Source: an uncultured bacterium (GTDB lineage: Bacteria > Krumholzibacteriota > Krumholzibacteriia > Krumholzibacteriales > Krumholzibacteriaceae). Taken from it: a DNA stretch of 64,000 bases. The translations under genes and the position numbers were made by a program. The notes beneath the pieces are model-generated. The model was not told where the DNA came from. It saw only the letters and a program-made list of their open reading frames with translations, and did not search any database. Location: NCBI GenBank assembly GCA_963813815.1, contig CAWFAD010000016.1:352001-416000 (forward strand), given 5' to 3'. Shown here in pieces: positions 27,816 to 35,628 of the stretch; positions within the stretch are counted from its first letter, which is position 1; each line of letters starts with the position of its first letter.

Positions 27816-27860
27816 TTGACGTCAAAACATTAAATATTTATAATATATCCGCCGTTGAAT
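27816..27860 (+). promoter_or_regulatory. sigma70 promoter with AT-rich palindromic operator-like sequence
   Basis: TTGACG-N17-TATAAT (27816-27844), overlapped by ATTAAATATTTATAAT. A divergent TTGACA lies on the minus strand at 27794-27799. Confidence 0.65.
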
Positions 27861-27923
27861 ATTCCGCGCCCCGGCCGCGGGCCGCCCGGCGCGTTCCCCG
27901 AACGAACGACAAGGAGAGCTGTC

Positions 27924-28178
27924 ATGGATGAGAGCGAGCTGAAATCCCTCAAGGCGGGCAAGGTGGTCGACGCGCGGGGCATGGCGTGCCCCGGGCCGCT
28001 CCTCGAGGCCAAGAAGGCGATGGCCGGCGTTCCGGTGGGCGGCGTCATGGAGGTCCTCTCCTCGGACGAGGGGACGAACAACGACATTCCCGCCTGGACG
28101 AGGAAGATGCAGTACGAGTTTCTCGGGGTGCTGGAGGACGCCGGGTTCTGGAGGCTCTTCGTCCGCAAGACGAAGTAG
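27924..28178 (+). CDS. tusA: TusA family sulfur carrier
   Basis: VDARGMACPGPLL motif; AAGGAG SD. Confidence 0.9.
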   Translation: MDESELKSLKAGKVVDARGMACPGPLLEAKKAMAGVPVGGVMEVLSSDEGTNNDIPAWTRKMQYEFLGVLEDAGFWRLFVRKTK

Positions 28179-28260
28179 CGGGTCCGGGCCGCGCCGCGGC
28201 GCGTGCTCAACAGGCTCTAGGCCGCCGGCCGGCGCGTTTCTTCCGGATTCGGGGGATGCG

Positions 28261-28554
28261 ATGAGGGATGTGCAGGAAAAGAGACGCTGCGCGAGGATCG
28301 CCGCGATCTTCAAGACGCTCTCGCACCCGCAGAGACTGTTTCTGCTCTGCTGTCTCTGCGAAGGCGAGGCGACCGTGGGGGATCTGCAGAAACAGTGTGG
28401 CGCCCCGCAGCCGGTCATATCGCAGCACCTCTCGCGGATGCGGCGCGAGGGTCTCGTGAAGGCGAGGCGGACGGGCACGCGGGCGCATTACCGCATCGCC
28501 GACCCGCGGATACCGGCGCTCATCCGGAGCATGGAAAAGATCATCGGCCCCTGA
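28261..28554 (+). CDS. ArsR/SmtB family regulator (BigR/SqrR-like)
   Basis: FKTLSHPQRLFLLCCL and VISQHLSRMR motifs. Confidence 0.88.
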   Translation: MRDVQEKRRCARIAAIFKTLSHPQRLFLLCCLCEGEATVGDLQKQCGAPQPVISQHLSRMRREGLVKARRTGTRAHYRIADPRIPALIRSMEKIIGP

Positions 28555-28594
28555 TGCGCCCGATCGCGCGGCCGGGGAGGCCCGGCGGATGGCC

Positions 28595-29005
28595 ATGAGC
28601 GAATTCGAACCGAAGATACTCGTGTTCTCGACCGATACCGTGTCCGATCCGGGGATCGATCTCGCGGGCCGGAACAAGATGCACTATTCGCCGAACGTGT
28701 ACGTGATCACGCTCCCGTGCTCGAGCGGCATCAGGCCCCAGTGGATCGCCCACGCGATCTCCCGCGGTTTCGACGGCGTCTTCATCGCGGCCGACGGAAG
28801 CGACTGCGCGCTCGTTCCCGATTGCACGGCCCGCACGGCGAAAATCGTCGCGGCGGCCCAGACGATGCTCCGGGAGCGCTCGATCGAGCCGCAACGCGTC
28901 AAGATGGCCGCGCTCTGCTCGGTGTGCGCAGAATCCTTTCAGAAACACATGAAGCAGTTCGGCGAGGCCCTGCGCAAGCTCGGGCCCGCGAGGAAACCGG
29001 CCTAG
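28595..29005 (+). CDS. mvhD: MvhD/FlpD-like iron-sulfur subunit (atypical)
   Basis: FEPKILVF, DLAG, LPCSSGI and GFDGVFIA motifs; directly upstream of hdrA-like genes. Confidence 0.75.
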   Translation: MSEFEPKILVFSTDTVSDPGIDLAGRNKMHYSPNVYVITLPCSSGIRPQWIAHAISRGFDGVFIAADGSDCALVPDCTARTAKIVAAAQTMLRERSIEPQRVKMAALCSVCAESFQKHMKQFGEALRKLGPARKPA

Positions 29006-29011
29006 GAAACG

Positions 29012-31807
29012 ATGACGGACGAAAAGGCGCAGACGAAACCCTCAGCGGCGCCGGGCCGCGCCCGCTACGACGCGCTCGTCGTTGGCGGCGGCATCGCCGG
29101 CATGGAGTCGGCGATCAGCCTCGGCGACATGGGATACCGGGTGCTGCTCGTCGAGAAGGAGCCGAGCGTCGGCGGGAAGATGATTCTTCTCAGCAAGGTC
29201 TTTCCGACTCTCGATTGCGCGAGCTGCATCTCGACGCCGAAGATGGCGCTCGCCGCGAGCCATCCGAACATCGACCTGCGCGTGTATTCCGAGGTCAGGG
29301 ATCTGCGCCGCAACGCCGACGGGACGTTCGCCGCCACGGTCGTGCGCAAGCCGACCTTCGTCGATTTCGAAAAATGCACCGGCTGCCAGGACTGCGAAAA
29401 GGTCTGCTCGGTCACCGTTCCGGACGAGTTCAACTTCGACCTCGTGTCGCGCCGCGCGGCGAACATCGCCTTCCCGCAGGCCGTGCCGAAGAAGGCGGTC
29501 ATCACCCGGGAGGGCACCTCGCCCTGCACGTACGCCTGCCCCGTCGGCATCAAGGCCAACGGCTACATCTCGCTCGCACGCCGGGGCGATTTCGAAAAGG
29601 CGTTCAACCTCATCCTGGAGGACGCGCCGCTCGTCGCGAGCCTCGGGCGCGCGTGCTACGCGCCGTGCCAGCCGGAGTGCACGCGCGAGAAGATCGGGGA
29701 CGCGCCGCACATCAAGCTCCTCAAGCGCTTCATCGCCGACTGGTATTACGAGCGGCACCCCGAGCCCGAGCACGGGCCGCCCGCCGAAAAAAGCGGCAAA
29801 CGCGTCGCGATCGTCGGGTCGGGCCCGGCCGGTCTCTCGGCGGCGTATTTTCTCGCGAAGAGGGGGCACGAGGCGGTCGTGTTCGAGGGAGAGGCGAAAG
29901 CGGGCGGGATGCTCAGATCGGGGCTTCCGCCGTACCGGCTGCCGAAGGAAGCCGTCGACCGCGACATCAAGAACGTGACGGCGCTCGGCGTCGAGATTCG
30001 GACCGGCGCGAAGGTCGAGTCGATCGCGGCGCTCCGCGCGCAGGGATTCGACGCGGTGTTCATGTCGGTCGGCGCCCCTCTTCCGAAGAAGCTCCGCATC
30101 GAGGGGGAGGACAACCCCGCCGTCATGAGCGGGATCGCCCTCCTCGCCGAGGCCTCTCTCGGAACGAAGGTCGATCTTTCGGGTAAGCGGGCGATCGTCA
30201 TCGGCGGCGGAAACGTCGCGATCGACGTCGCGCGCACGGCGCGCCGTCTCGGAGCCTCGAACGTGCGCCTCGTGTGCCTCGAAAAGCGCCGCGAGATGCC
30301 CGCGGCGGAGGAAGAAATCCGCGACGCCCTCGCCGAGGGCATAGAGTTCCGCAACGGCCTCGGGCCGAAGCGCATCGTCGTCGCCGGCGGGCGCGTGACG
30401 GGCGTCGAGACGGTGCGCTGCGTCTCGGTGTTCGACCGGGACGGGAGGTTCGCGCCGAGGTTCAACGAGAGGGCGTTGAAGACGCTGCCGGCGGACATCG
30501 TGTTCGTGGCGATCGGACAGGTGTCGCCGACCGCCGCGTTCGCGGCGGACGGCCTCGCGCTCAATCCGAACACGACGATACGAGTCGATCCGCGCACGCT
30601 CGAGACGAGCGTCGCGGGCGTGTTCGCCGGCGGCGAGTCGGTCACGGGCCCCTCGATGATCGTGAGGGCGATGGGACAGGGCAAGAGGGCCGCGTTCTAC
30701 ATCGACCGCCGTCTCCGCGGCGAAACGCTCGAGGGGGTCGAGTTCGAGCCGGCCCTTCCCGCCGTGGACAAGGACGCCGTGCTCGGGCGCCAGACCGTCT
30801 ATCCCTCGATCCGCGTCGAGAAGCGGGAGCTTTCGCCCACGCACCGCGTGCTCAACTTCAGCGAGGTGCAGGAGCCGCTCACCGAGGAGGAGGTCCTCGC
30901 GAGCGCCTCGAATTGCCTCAACTGCGGCATCTGCTCGGAATGCCAGCAGTGCCGAATCGTCTGCCCGGCGGCCGCCGTCGATTTCGGCATGCGGGAGGTC
31001 GAGGAGGCGGTGGAGGCGGGTGTCGTCGTCGTCTCGACCGGTTTCCGTCTCTTTCCCGCCGAGCTCATGGAGCGCTTCGGCTTCGGCGAGCACCGGAACG
31101 TCATCACGGCGATGCAGATGGACCGGCTCGTCGCCCCGACGCGCCCCTACAACCACGTGCTGAGACCCTCGGACGGAAAGGTGCCGGGAAATATCGCCTA
31201 CGTGCTCTGCGCCGGCTCGCGCGATCACACCGTCGACAATCCGATATGCTCGCGCGTCTGCTGTATGTACTCGGTGAAACAGGCGCAGCTTCTGCTCGGC
31301 GCCCTGCCCGTCGCGGACCTGACGCTCTACTACATCGACATCCGCGCCTTCGGCAAGGGGTACGAAGAGTTCTACGAGCAGACCCGGGGGATGGGCGTGC
31401 GCTTCGTGAAGGGGAAGATCGCGAAGATTACGGAGCGGGAAAACGGGAACCTCCTCGTGCGGTACGAGGATATCGACGGCGGCGGGGCCGTCAGGGAAGC
31501 GGAGCACGATCTCGTCGTGCTATCCGTGGGGATGCTCCCGAATCCGGACGCGCTCCGTCTCTTCGCGGACGAAAGGATCGAGGCGGACGACACGCTCTTC
31601 GTCCGCGAGCCCGAGGAGCACGTGAACCCCGGGCGCACGAGCATCGAGGGGGTCTTCGCGGCGGGCACCGCGACGGGCCCGATGGACATACCCGACTCGA
31701 TACTGCACGCGGGAGCGGCGGCCGCGCAGGCCGCTTCCTATCTCGAGCGGTCGAAACGGAGACGCGGGGCCGCGTCATCCGCGGGGGAGGCTCCGGAGCG
31801 GCGATGA
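29012..31807 (+). CDS. hdrA: HdrA-like flavoprotein with inserted GltD-like NAD(P)-binding module (HdrL-type)
   Basis: VVGGGIAG, FPTLDCASC, CTGCQDCEKVC; GltD-like IVGSGPAG and VIGGGNVAID; CAGSR and CSRVCCMY motifs. Confidence 0.88.
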   Translation: MTDEKAQTKPSAAPGRARYDALVVGGGIAGMESAISLGDMGYRVLLVEKEPSVGGKMILLSKVFPTLDCASCISTPKMALAASHPNIDLRVYSEVRDLRRNADGTFAATVVRKPTFVDFEKCTGCQDCEKVCSVTVPDEFNFDLVSRRAANIAFPQAVPKKAVITREGTSPCTYACPVGIKANGYISLARRGDFEKAFNLILEDAPLVASLGRACYAPCQPECTREKIGDAPHIKLLKRFIADWYYERHPEPEHGPPAEKSGKRVAIVGSGPAGLSAAYFLAKRGHEAVVFEGEAKAGGMLRSGLPPYRLPKEAVDRDIKNVTALGVEIRTGAKVESIAALRAQGFDAVFMSVGAPLPKKLRIEGEDNPAVMSGIALLAEASLGTKVDLSGKRAIVIGGGNVAIDVARTARRLGASNVRLVCLEKRREMPAAEEEIRDALAEGIEFRNGLGPKRIVVAGGRVTGVETVRCVSVFDRDGRFAPRFNERALKTLPADIVFVAIGQVSPTAAFAADGLALNPNTTIRVDPRTLETSVAGVFAGGESVTGPSMIVRAMGQGKRAAFYIDRRLRGETLEGVEFEPALPAVDKDAVLGRQTVYPSIRVEKRELSPTHRVLNFSEVQEPLTEEEVLASASNCLNCGICSECQQCRIVCPAAAVDFGMREVEEAVEAGVVVVSTGFRLFPAELMERFGFGEHRNVITAMQMDRLVAPTRPYNHVLRPSDGKVPGNIAYVLCAGSRDHTVDNPICSRVCCMYSVKQAQLLLGALPVADLTLYYIDIRAFGKGYEEFYEQTRGMGVRFVKGKIAKITERENGNLLVRYEDIDGGGAVREAEHDLVVLSVGMLPNPDALRLFADERIEADDTLFVREPEEHVNPGRTSIEGVFAAGTATGPMDIPDSILHAGAAAAQAASYLERSKRRRGAASSAGEAPERR

Positions 31808-33552
31808 GCGAACGGGAACGGAAGATCGGCGTCTACATCTGCCACTGCGGGGGAAACATCTCCGACTACGTGGACGTCGACAAGGTCCGCGAGGAGGTCG
31901 AGCGGGAGACGGGCGTCAAGGTCGCGAAGACGTCGCTTTTCACCTGCTCCGACGCGTCGCAGCAGGAGATCATGAAGGACATCAGGGAGCAGGGGCTCGA
32001 CGGCATGGTCGTCGCCTCGTGTTCGCCGAAGCTCCACCTCACGACCTTCCGCAACGCGGCGAAGCGCGGCGGGCTCAATCCCTTCCAGTACGTTCAGGTC
32101 AACATCCGCGAGCAGTGCTCGTGGGCGCATTCGGACGACAAGGCGGGAGCCACCTGCAAGGCGGTCGGCCTCGTCCGCGGGGGAATCGAGAAGGCGCTTC
32201 GCCAGGAGGCGCTCGAGCCGATCCGCGTCACGTCCGTAAAATCGGTGCTCGTCGTCGGCGCGGGTGTCGCCGGGATGCGCGCCGCGATCGAGAGCGCCGA
32301 TCTCGGGGTCGAGGTGATTCTCATCGAGCGGCAATCCGAGACCGGCGGCGTCGTCGGAGCGCTCGGGGAGATGTATCCCTCGGGGAAGCGGGGCGCCGAT
32401 ATCGCCGCCGCGCTGCGCGACGAGATGCGCTCGAGGCCGAACATCACGCTCTTCACGAACGCCGAGCTCGCCGGGAAAAGCGGGCATATCGGAGATTTCG
32501 ACGTCGCGATCCGCGTTCGCCCCTCCGCGGGCGGAGAAGAAACGATCAACGCCAACGTGGGCGCCATCATCGTGGCGACCGGCTTCGACGAGTACCGGCC
32601 GGCGGCGGGGGAGTACGAATTCGGGCACGAGTCCGTCGTGACGCTCGGAGAGTTCGAGCGGATGATTCGCGACGGCGGGGGCGAGCTGCGGCGCGGCGGC
32701 CGGGAAATCGGAACCGTCGCGTTCATCTATTGCGTCGGAAGCCGTCAGGGCGGCGAGGCGGAGAGCGCCAACCGTTACTGCTCGCGGTACTGCTGCAACG
32801 CGGCGATTCACGCCTCCCTCCTGGCCCAGCGGCGTTTTCCCGGGCTGCGGGCGTTTCACCTCTACCGCGACGTGCGGACGTACGGCAAGTTCGAGCTCCT
32901 CTACGAGGAGGCATCGAAGGCCGGCGCGGTGTTCCTGCGTTTCGACGGCTCCGAGCCGCCGGCCGTCCGCCCCGAGGGCGGCGGTCTTCTCCTGAGCGTG
33001 AAGGATCTCCTCACCGGGGGGGAGGAGATCGAGATCCCCGTCGATCTCGTCGTGCTCGCCACGGGGATGGTCCCGCGCGCGAACGACGCGCTCACGACCA
33101 CGCTCAAGCTGCCGACGGGCTCGGATCGTTTCTACAACGAGATACACGCCAAGCTCCGCCCGGTGGAGACCGTGATCGACGGCGTGTACATCGCCGGGTG
33201 CTGCCAGGGGCCGCGCAACGCTTCCGAGAGCGTCGCGGCCGCGCTTTCGGCCGTGTCGAAGGCGGCCTCTCTCCTCGTCAAGGGGTACGTCGACCTGCAA
33301 CCCTTCATCGCGTACGTGATGGAGGATCGCTGCGTCTGGTGCGGCGAATGCGAAAAGGCGTGCCCCTACGGCGCGATCGAGAAGGTCCCCTACGGCGACA
33401 AGGACGCGGCCCGCGTCGTGGACGTGCTCTGCAAGGGGTGCGGCGCGTGCGTGCCCGTGTGTCCGACGAACGCGGCCCAGCTCAAGGGATCGAGCGACGA
33501 CCAGATCACGGCGATGATCGATGCGTTCGCGCGGGAGGCGAAGGGTGCCTAA
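31804..33552 (+). CDS. hdrA: HdrA/QmoB-like flavo-iron-sulfur protein
   Basis: KIGVYICHCGGNI, ASCSPKLH, VVGAGVAG, CVGSR and CSRYCC motifs; two C-terminal ferredoxin motifs. Confidence 0.9.
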   Translation: MSERERKIGVYICHCGGNISDYVDVDKVREEVERETGVKVAKTSLFTCSDASQQEIMKDIREQGLDGMVVASCSPKLHLTTFRNAAKRGGLNPFQYVQVNIREQCSWAHSDDKAGATCKAVGLVRGGIEKALRQEALEPIRVTSVKSVLVVGAGVAGMRAAIESADLGVEVILIERQSETGGVVGALGEMYPSGKRGADIAAALRDEMRSRPNITLFTNAELAGKSGHIGDFDVAIRVRPSAGGEETINANVGAIIVATGFDEYRPAAGEYEFGHESVVTLGEFERMIRDGGGELRRGGREIGTVAFIYCVGSRQGGEAESANRYCSRYCCNAAIHASLLAQRRFPGLRAFHLYRDVRTYGKFELLYEEASKAGAVFLRFDGSEPPAVRPEGGGLLLSVKDLLTGGEEIEIPVDLVVLATGMVPRANDALTTTLKLPTGSDRFYNEIHAKLRPVETVIDGVYIAGCCQGPRNASESVAAALSAVSKAASLLVKGYVDLQPFIAYVMEDRCVWCGECEKACPYGAIEKVPYGDKDAARVVDVLCKGCGACVPVCPTNAAQLKGSSDDQITAMIDAFAREAKGA

Positions 33553-33823
33553 GAGCTTCGAGGAACGGTATCCGGAGAGCGCGGCCGTGAAGGGCGAGCG
33601 CCGGCAGATCGCGCGCGCGGAGCACGGCATGCGCCGGCGCGTGCTCGCGCTGCTCCGCGGAGGGGCGAAGACCGTGCCCGAGGTCGCGTCCGCCCTCGGC
33701 ATATCCGCGTACGAGGCGCACTGGTGGATGATGGGATACGTGCGCTACGGGTTCGTCCGCGCGACCGAGGAAGTCACGGAAGAGGGCTACTACAAATACG
33801 CGATCGTCGAAGGGAAAGAGTAG
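33545..33823 (+). CDS. Small winged-helix protein
   Basis: GAKTVPEVASALGI helix-turn-helix; overlaps the upstream stop. Confidence 0.65.
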   Translation: MPKSFEERYPESAAVKGERRQIARAEHGMRRRVLALLRGGAKTVPEVASALGISAYEAHWWMMGYVRYGFVRATEEVTEEGYYKYAIVEGKE

Positions 33824-34903
33824 ATGGAACGGGTCAAGCCCACCTTCATCGACGACGTGCGCGCGCTCGGCGCGGCCGATCTCAGCGCCTGCTACAGCTG
33901 CGGCACGTGCAGCGCCGTCTGTCCGCTCTCGAAGGACGAGACGTCCTTCCCGCGGAAGATGATCCGCTACGCGATGCTCGGGCTCGAGGGGAGGATCCTC
34001 TCCTCCGCGGAGCCCTGGCTCTGCTATTACTGCGGCGAGTGCAGCAAGACCTGCCCGCGCGAGGCCGATCCGGGCGGACTCATGATGGCGCTCCGCCGCT
34101 ACTCGATTCGGCGGTACTCGATCGGGAGGATCGCGGATGCCTTTTACTCGGCGTTCGCGTCGGGGATCGCGTGGATCGCGCTCACCGCGATCGCGATCGC
34201 GCTCATCCTCGTCTTTCACGATCCGAACATGAACCGCGACGAGGTGGAGTTTCTCTCGTTCATCTCGCTCGACGACATTCACGTCGCCGGCATCGCGATC
34301 GTCGCCTTCATCGGCGCGGCGTTTCTCGCGAACATCTGGATCATGTACCGGGCGATGAAGGCCGGGGGACGCGGCGGGGCGTTCTCGATCGACAACCTCC
34401 GGAAAACGACGCGGGGGGCCGTCCGGGAGATCGTGCTTCAGGAGCGCTTCGGCGAATGCGAGGACAACCGGTTCAGGCGGTGGGCCCACCTGCTCGTCTC
34501 GGGGGGATTCATGGGGATGTTCCTCGCCACCTGCATCATCGCGGCGATCGACTTCGAGTGGATACCGCTTCCGCGGTGGGTGTCGCTCGCCGTCGGCTCC
34601 GTTTCGGGCGCGGCGACGCTCGTCGGGCTGGCGTACTACGCGCGGCTGCGCTTCGCTCGAAAGACCGAATACGCGAAACGCTCGCACCAGAGCGATTGGG
34701 TCTTTCTCGTCCTGCTCGCGGTCTCCGTCGCGAGCGGCTACGTCATGCTCGCGTTCCGGTTTCTGAACATGCCGGCGGCGGCGTACTGGTCGTTCGCCGT
34801 GCATCTCGTCGCCGTGTTCGACCTGCTCATGTCGGTGCCGTTCACGAAATTCGCGCACGTGGTCTACCGGCCGGCGGCCCTCTGGCTCGCCGGCGTGAAA
34901 TAG
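33824..34903 (+). CDS. QmoC-like protein (HdrC-type 2x[4Fe-4S] + NarI/HdrE-type membrane domain)
   Basis: CYSCGTCSAVCP and CYYCGECSKTCP; about six TM helices with His residues (WAHL, AVHL, KFAHVVYRP). Confidence 0.8.
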   Translation: MERVKPTFIDDVRALGAADLSACYSCGTCSAVCPLSKDETSFPRKMIRYAMLGLEGRILSSAEPWLCYYCGECSKTCPREADPGGLMMALRRYSIRRYSIGRIADAFYSAFASGIAWIALTAIAIALILVFHDPNMNRDEVEFLSFISLDDIHVAGIAIVAFIGAAFLANIWIMYRAMKAGGRGGAFSIDNLRKTTRGAVREIVLQERFGECEDNRFRRWAHLLVSGGFMGMFLATCIIAAIDFEWIPLPRWVSLAVGSVSGAATLVGLAYYARLRFARKTEYAKRSHQSDWVFLVLLAVSVASGYVMLAFRFLNMPAAAYWSFAVHLVAVFDLLMSVPFTKFAHVVYRPAALWLAGVK

Positions 34904-34969
34904 TCCCTTCCGGAACGCCGGGCGCCGCCGCGCGCGGCCGGCCCGGGCCTCGGCTCCAAGGAGGATGCG

Positions 34970-35449
34970 ATGAGCGACGGTGCTCAGGAAAAAGCCAGTA
35001 TCATCGTCATGAGCGGCGATCTCGACAAGGTCATGGGGGCGTTCATCATCGCCAACGGCGCCGCCGCGTTCGACATGAAGGTCACGATGTTCTTCACCTT
35101 CTGGGGGCTCAAGGCGATTCAGAAGGGGAATCTCACCGGCAAGAGCCTCATGGGGAGGATGCTCGGCCTCATGAACCGCGGCGGGGTGGAGGCGATCGGC
35201 CCCTCGCGCCTCAACATGGGGGGCATGGGCCGCTGGATGTTCAAGAAGATGATGAAGGAGAAGAAGGTCACCCCCCTCGCGACGCTCGTCAGCCAGGCGA
35301 GGGAGCAGGGGGTGCGGCTCGTGGCCTGCGAGATGAGCTGCAACGTCATGGAGATCGGCAAGAAGGATTTCATCGAGGGCGTGGAGATGGGAGGGGTGGC
35401 GACGTTCATCGCCGAGGCGTCGGAGTCGAAATTCTCGCTCTTCATTTAG
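34970..35449 (+). CDS. DsrE2/DrsE-like sulfur relay protein
   Basis: FIIANGAAA, MFFTFWGL, LVACEMS and GGVATFI motifs. Confidence 0.88.
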   Translation: MSDGAQEKASIIVMSGDLDKVMGAFIIANGAAAFDMKVTMFFTFWGLKAIQKGNLTGKSLMGRMLGLMNRGGVEAIGPSRLNMGGMGRWMFKKMMKEKKVTPLATLVSQAREQGVRLVACEMSCNVMEIGKKDFIEGVEMGGVATFIAEASESKFSLFI

Positions 35450-35453
35450 GGGG

Positions 35454-35491
35454 TTGCCGATCCTCCGCCGCGCCGGTATACTGATACCGGC
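35454..35491 (+). promoter_or_regulatory. sigma70 promoter with palindrome over the -10 box
   Basis: TTGCCG-N17-TATACT; perfect inverted repeat GCCGGTAT-ACTG-ATACCGGC (35472-35491). Confidence 0.5.
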
Positions 35492-35492
35492 A

Positions 35493-35567
35493 CGGCGATT
35501 CAACTCCACCAGTAACACGCGGAGTCCGGCCCCGCCGAATTCCTTTGTGGTTGCGGTCGGGCCGCCG
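35493..35567 (+). ncRNA. Structured 5' leader, riboswitch candidate (possible Na+-sensing DUF1646-type)
   Basis: CGGCG...CGCCG closing stem; ACTCC/GGAGT hairpin with CAGTAA loop; 3' TGTGGTTGCGGTCGGGCCGCC. Family resemblance is from recall only. Confidence 0.35.
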
Positions 35568-35628
35568 AGCGGCGAAGCATCGTGCGGCGCCCCGTCCGTC
35601 CGATCAATGAAGAATAGAGGAAAGGCGT

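Noticed and set aside
28595..33552. Selenocysteine recoding in MvhD/HdrA
   Set aside because: The reading frames are open with no in-frame TGA at Cys positions.
29012..34903. Evidence for methanogenesis or dissimilatory sulfate reduction
   Set aside because: HdrA/Qmo-like genes alone are not diagnostic; no hdrB, mcr, aprAB, sat or dsrAB is in the window.
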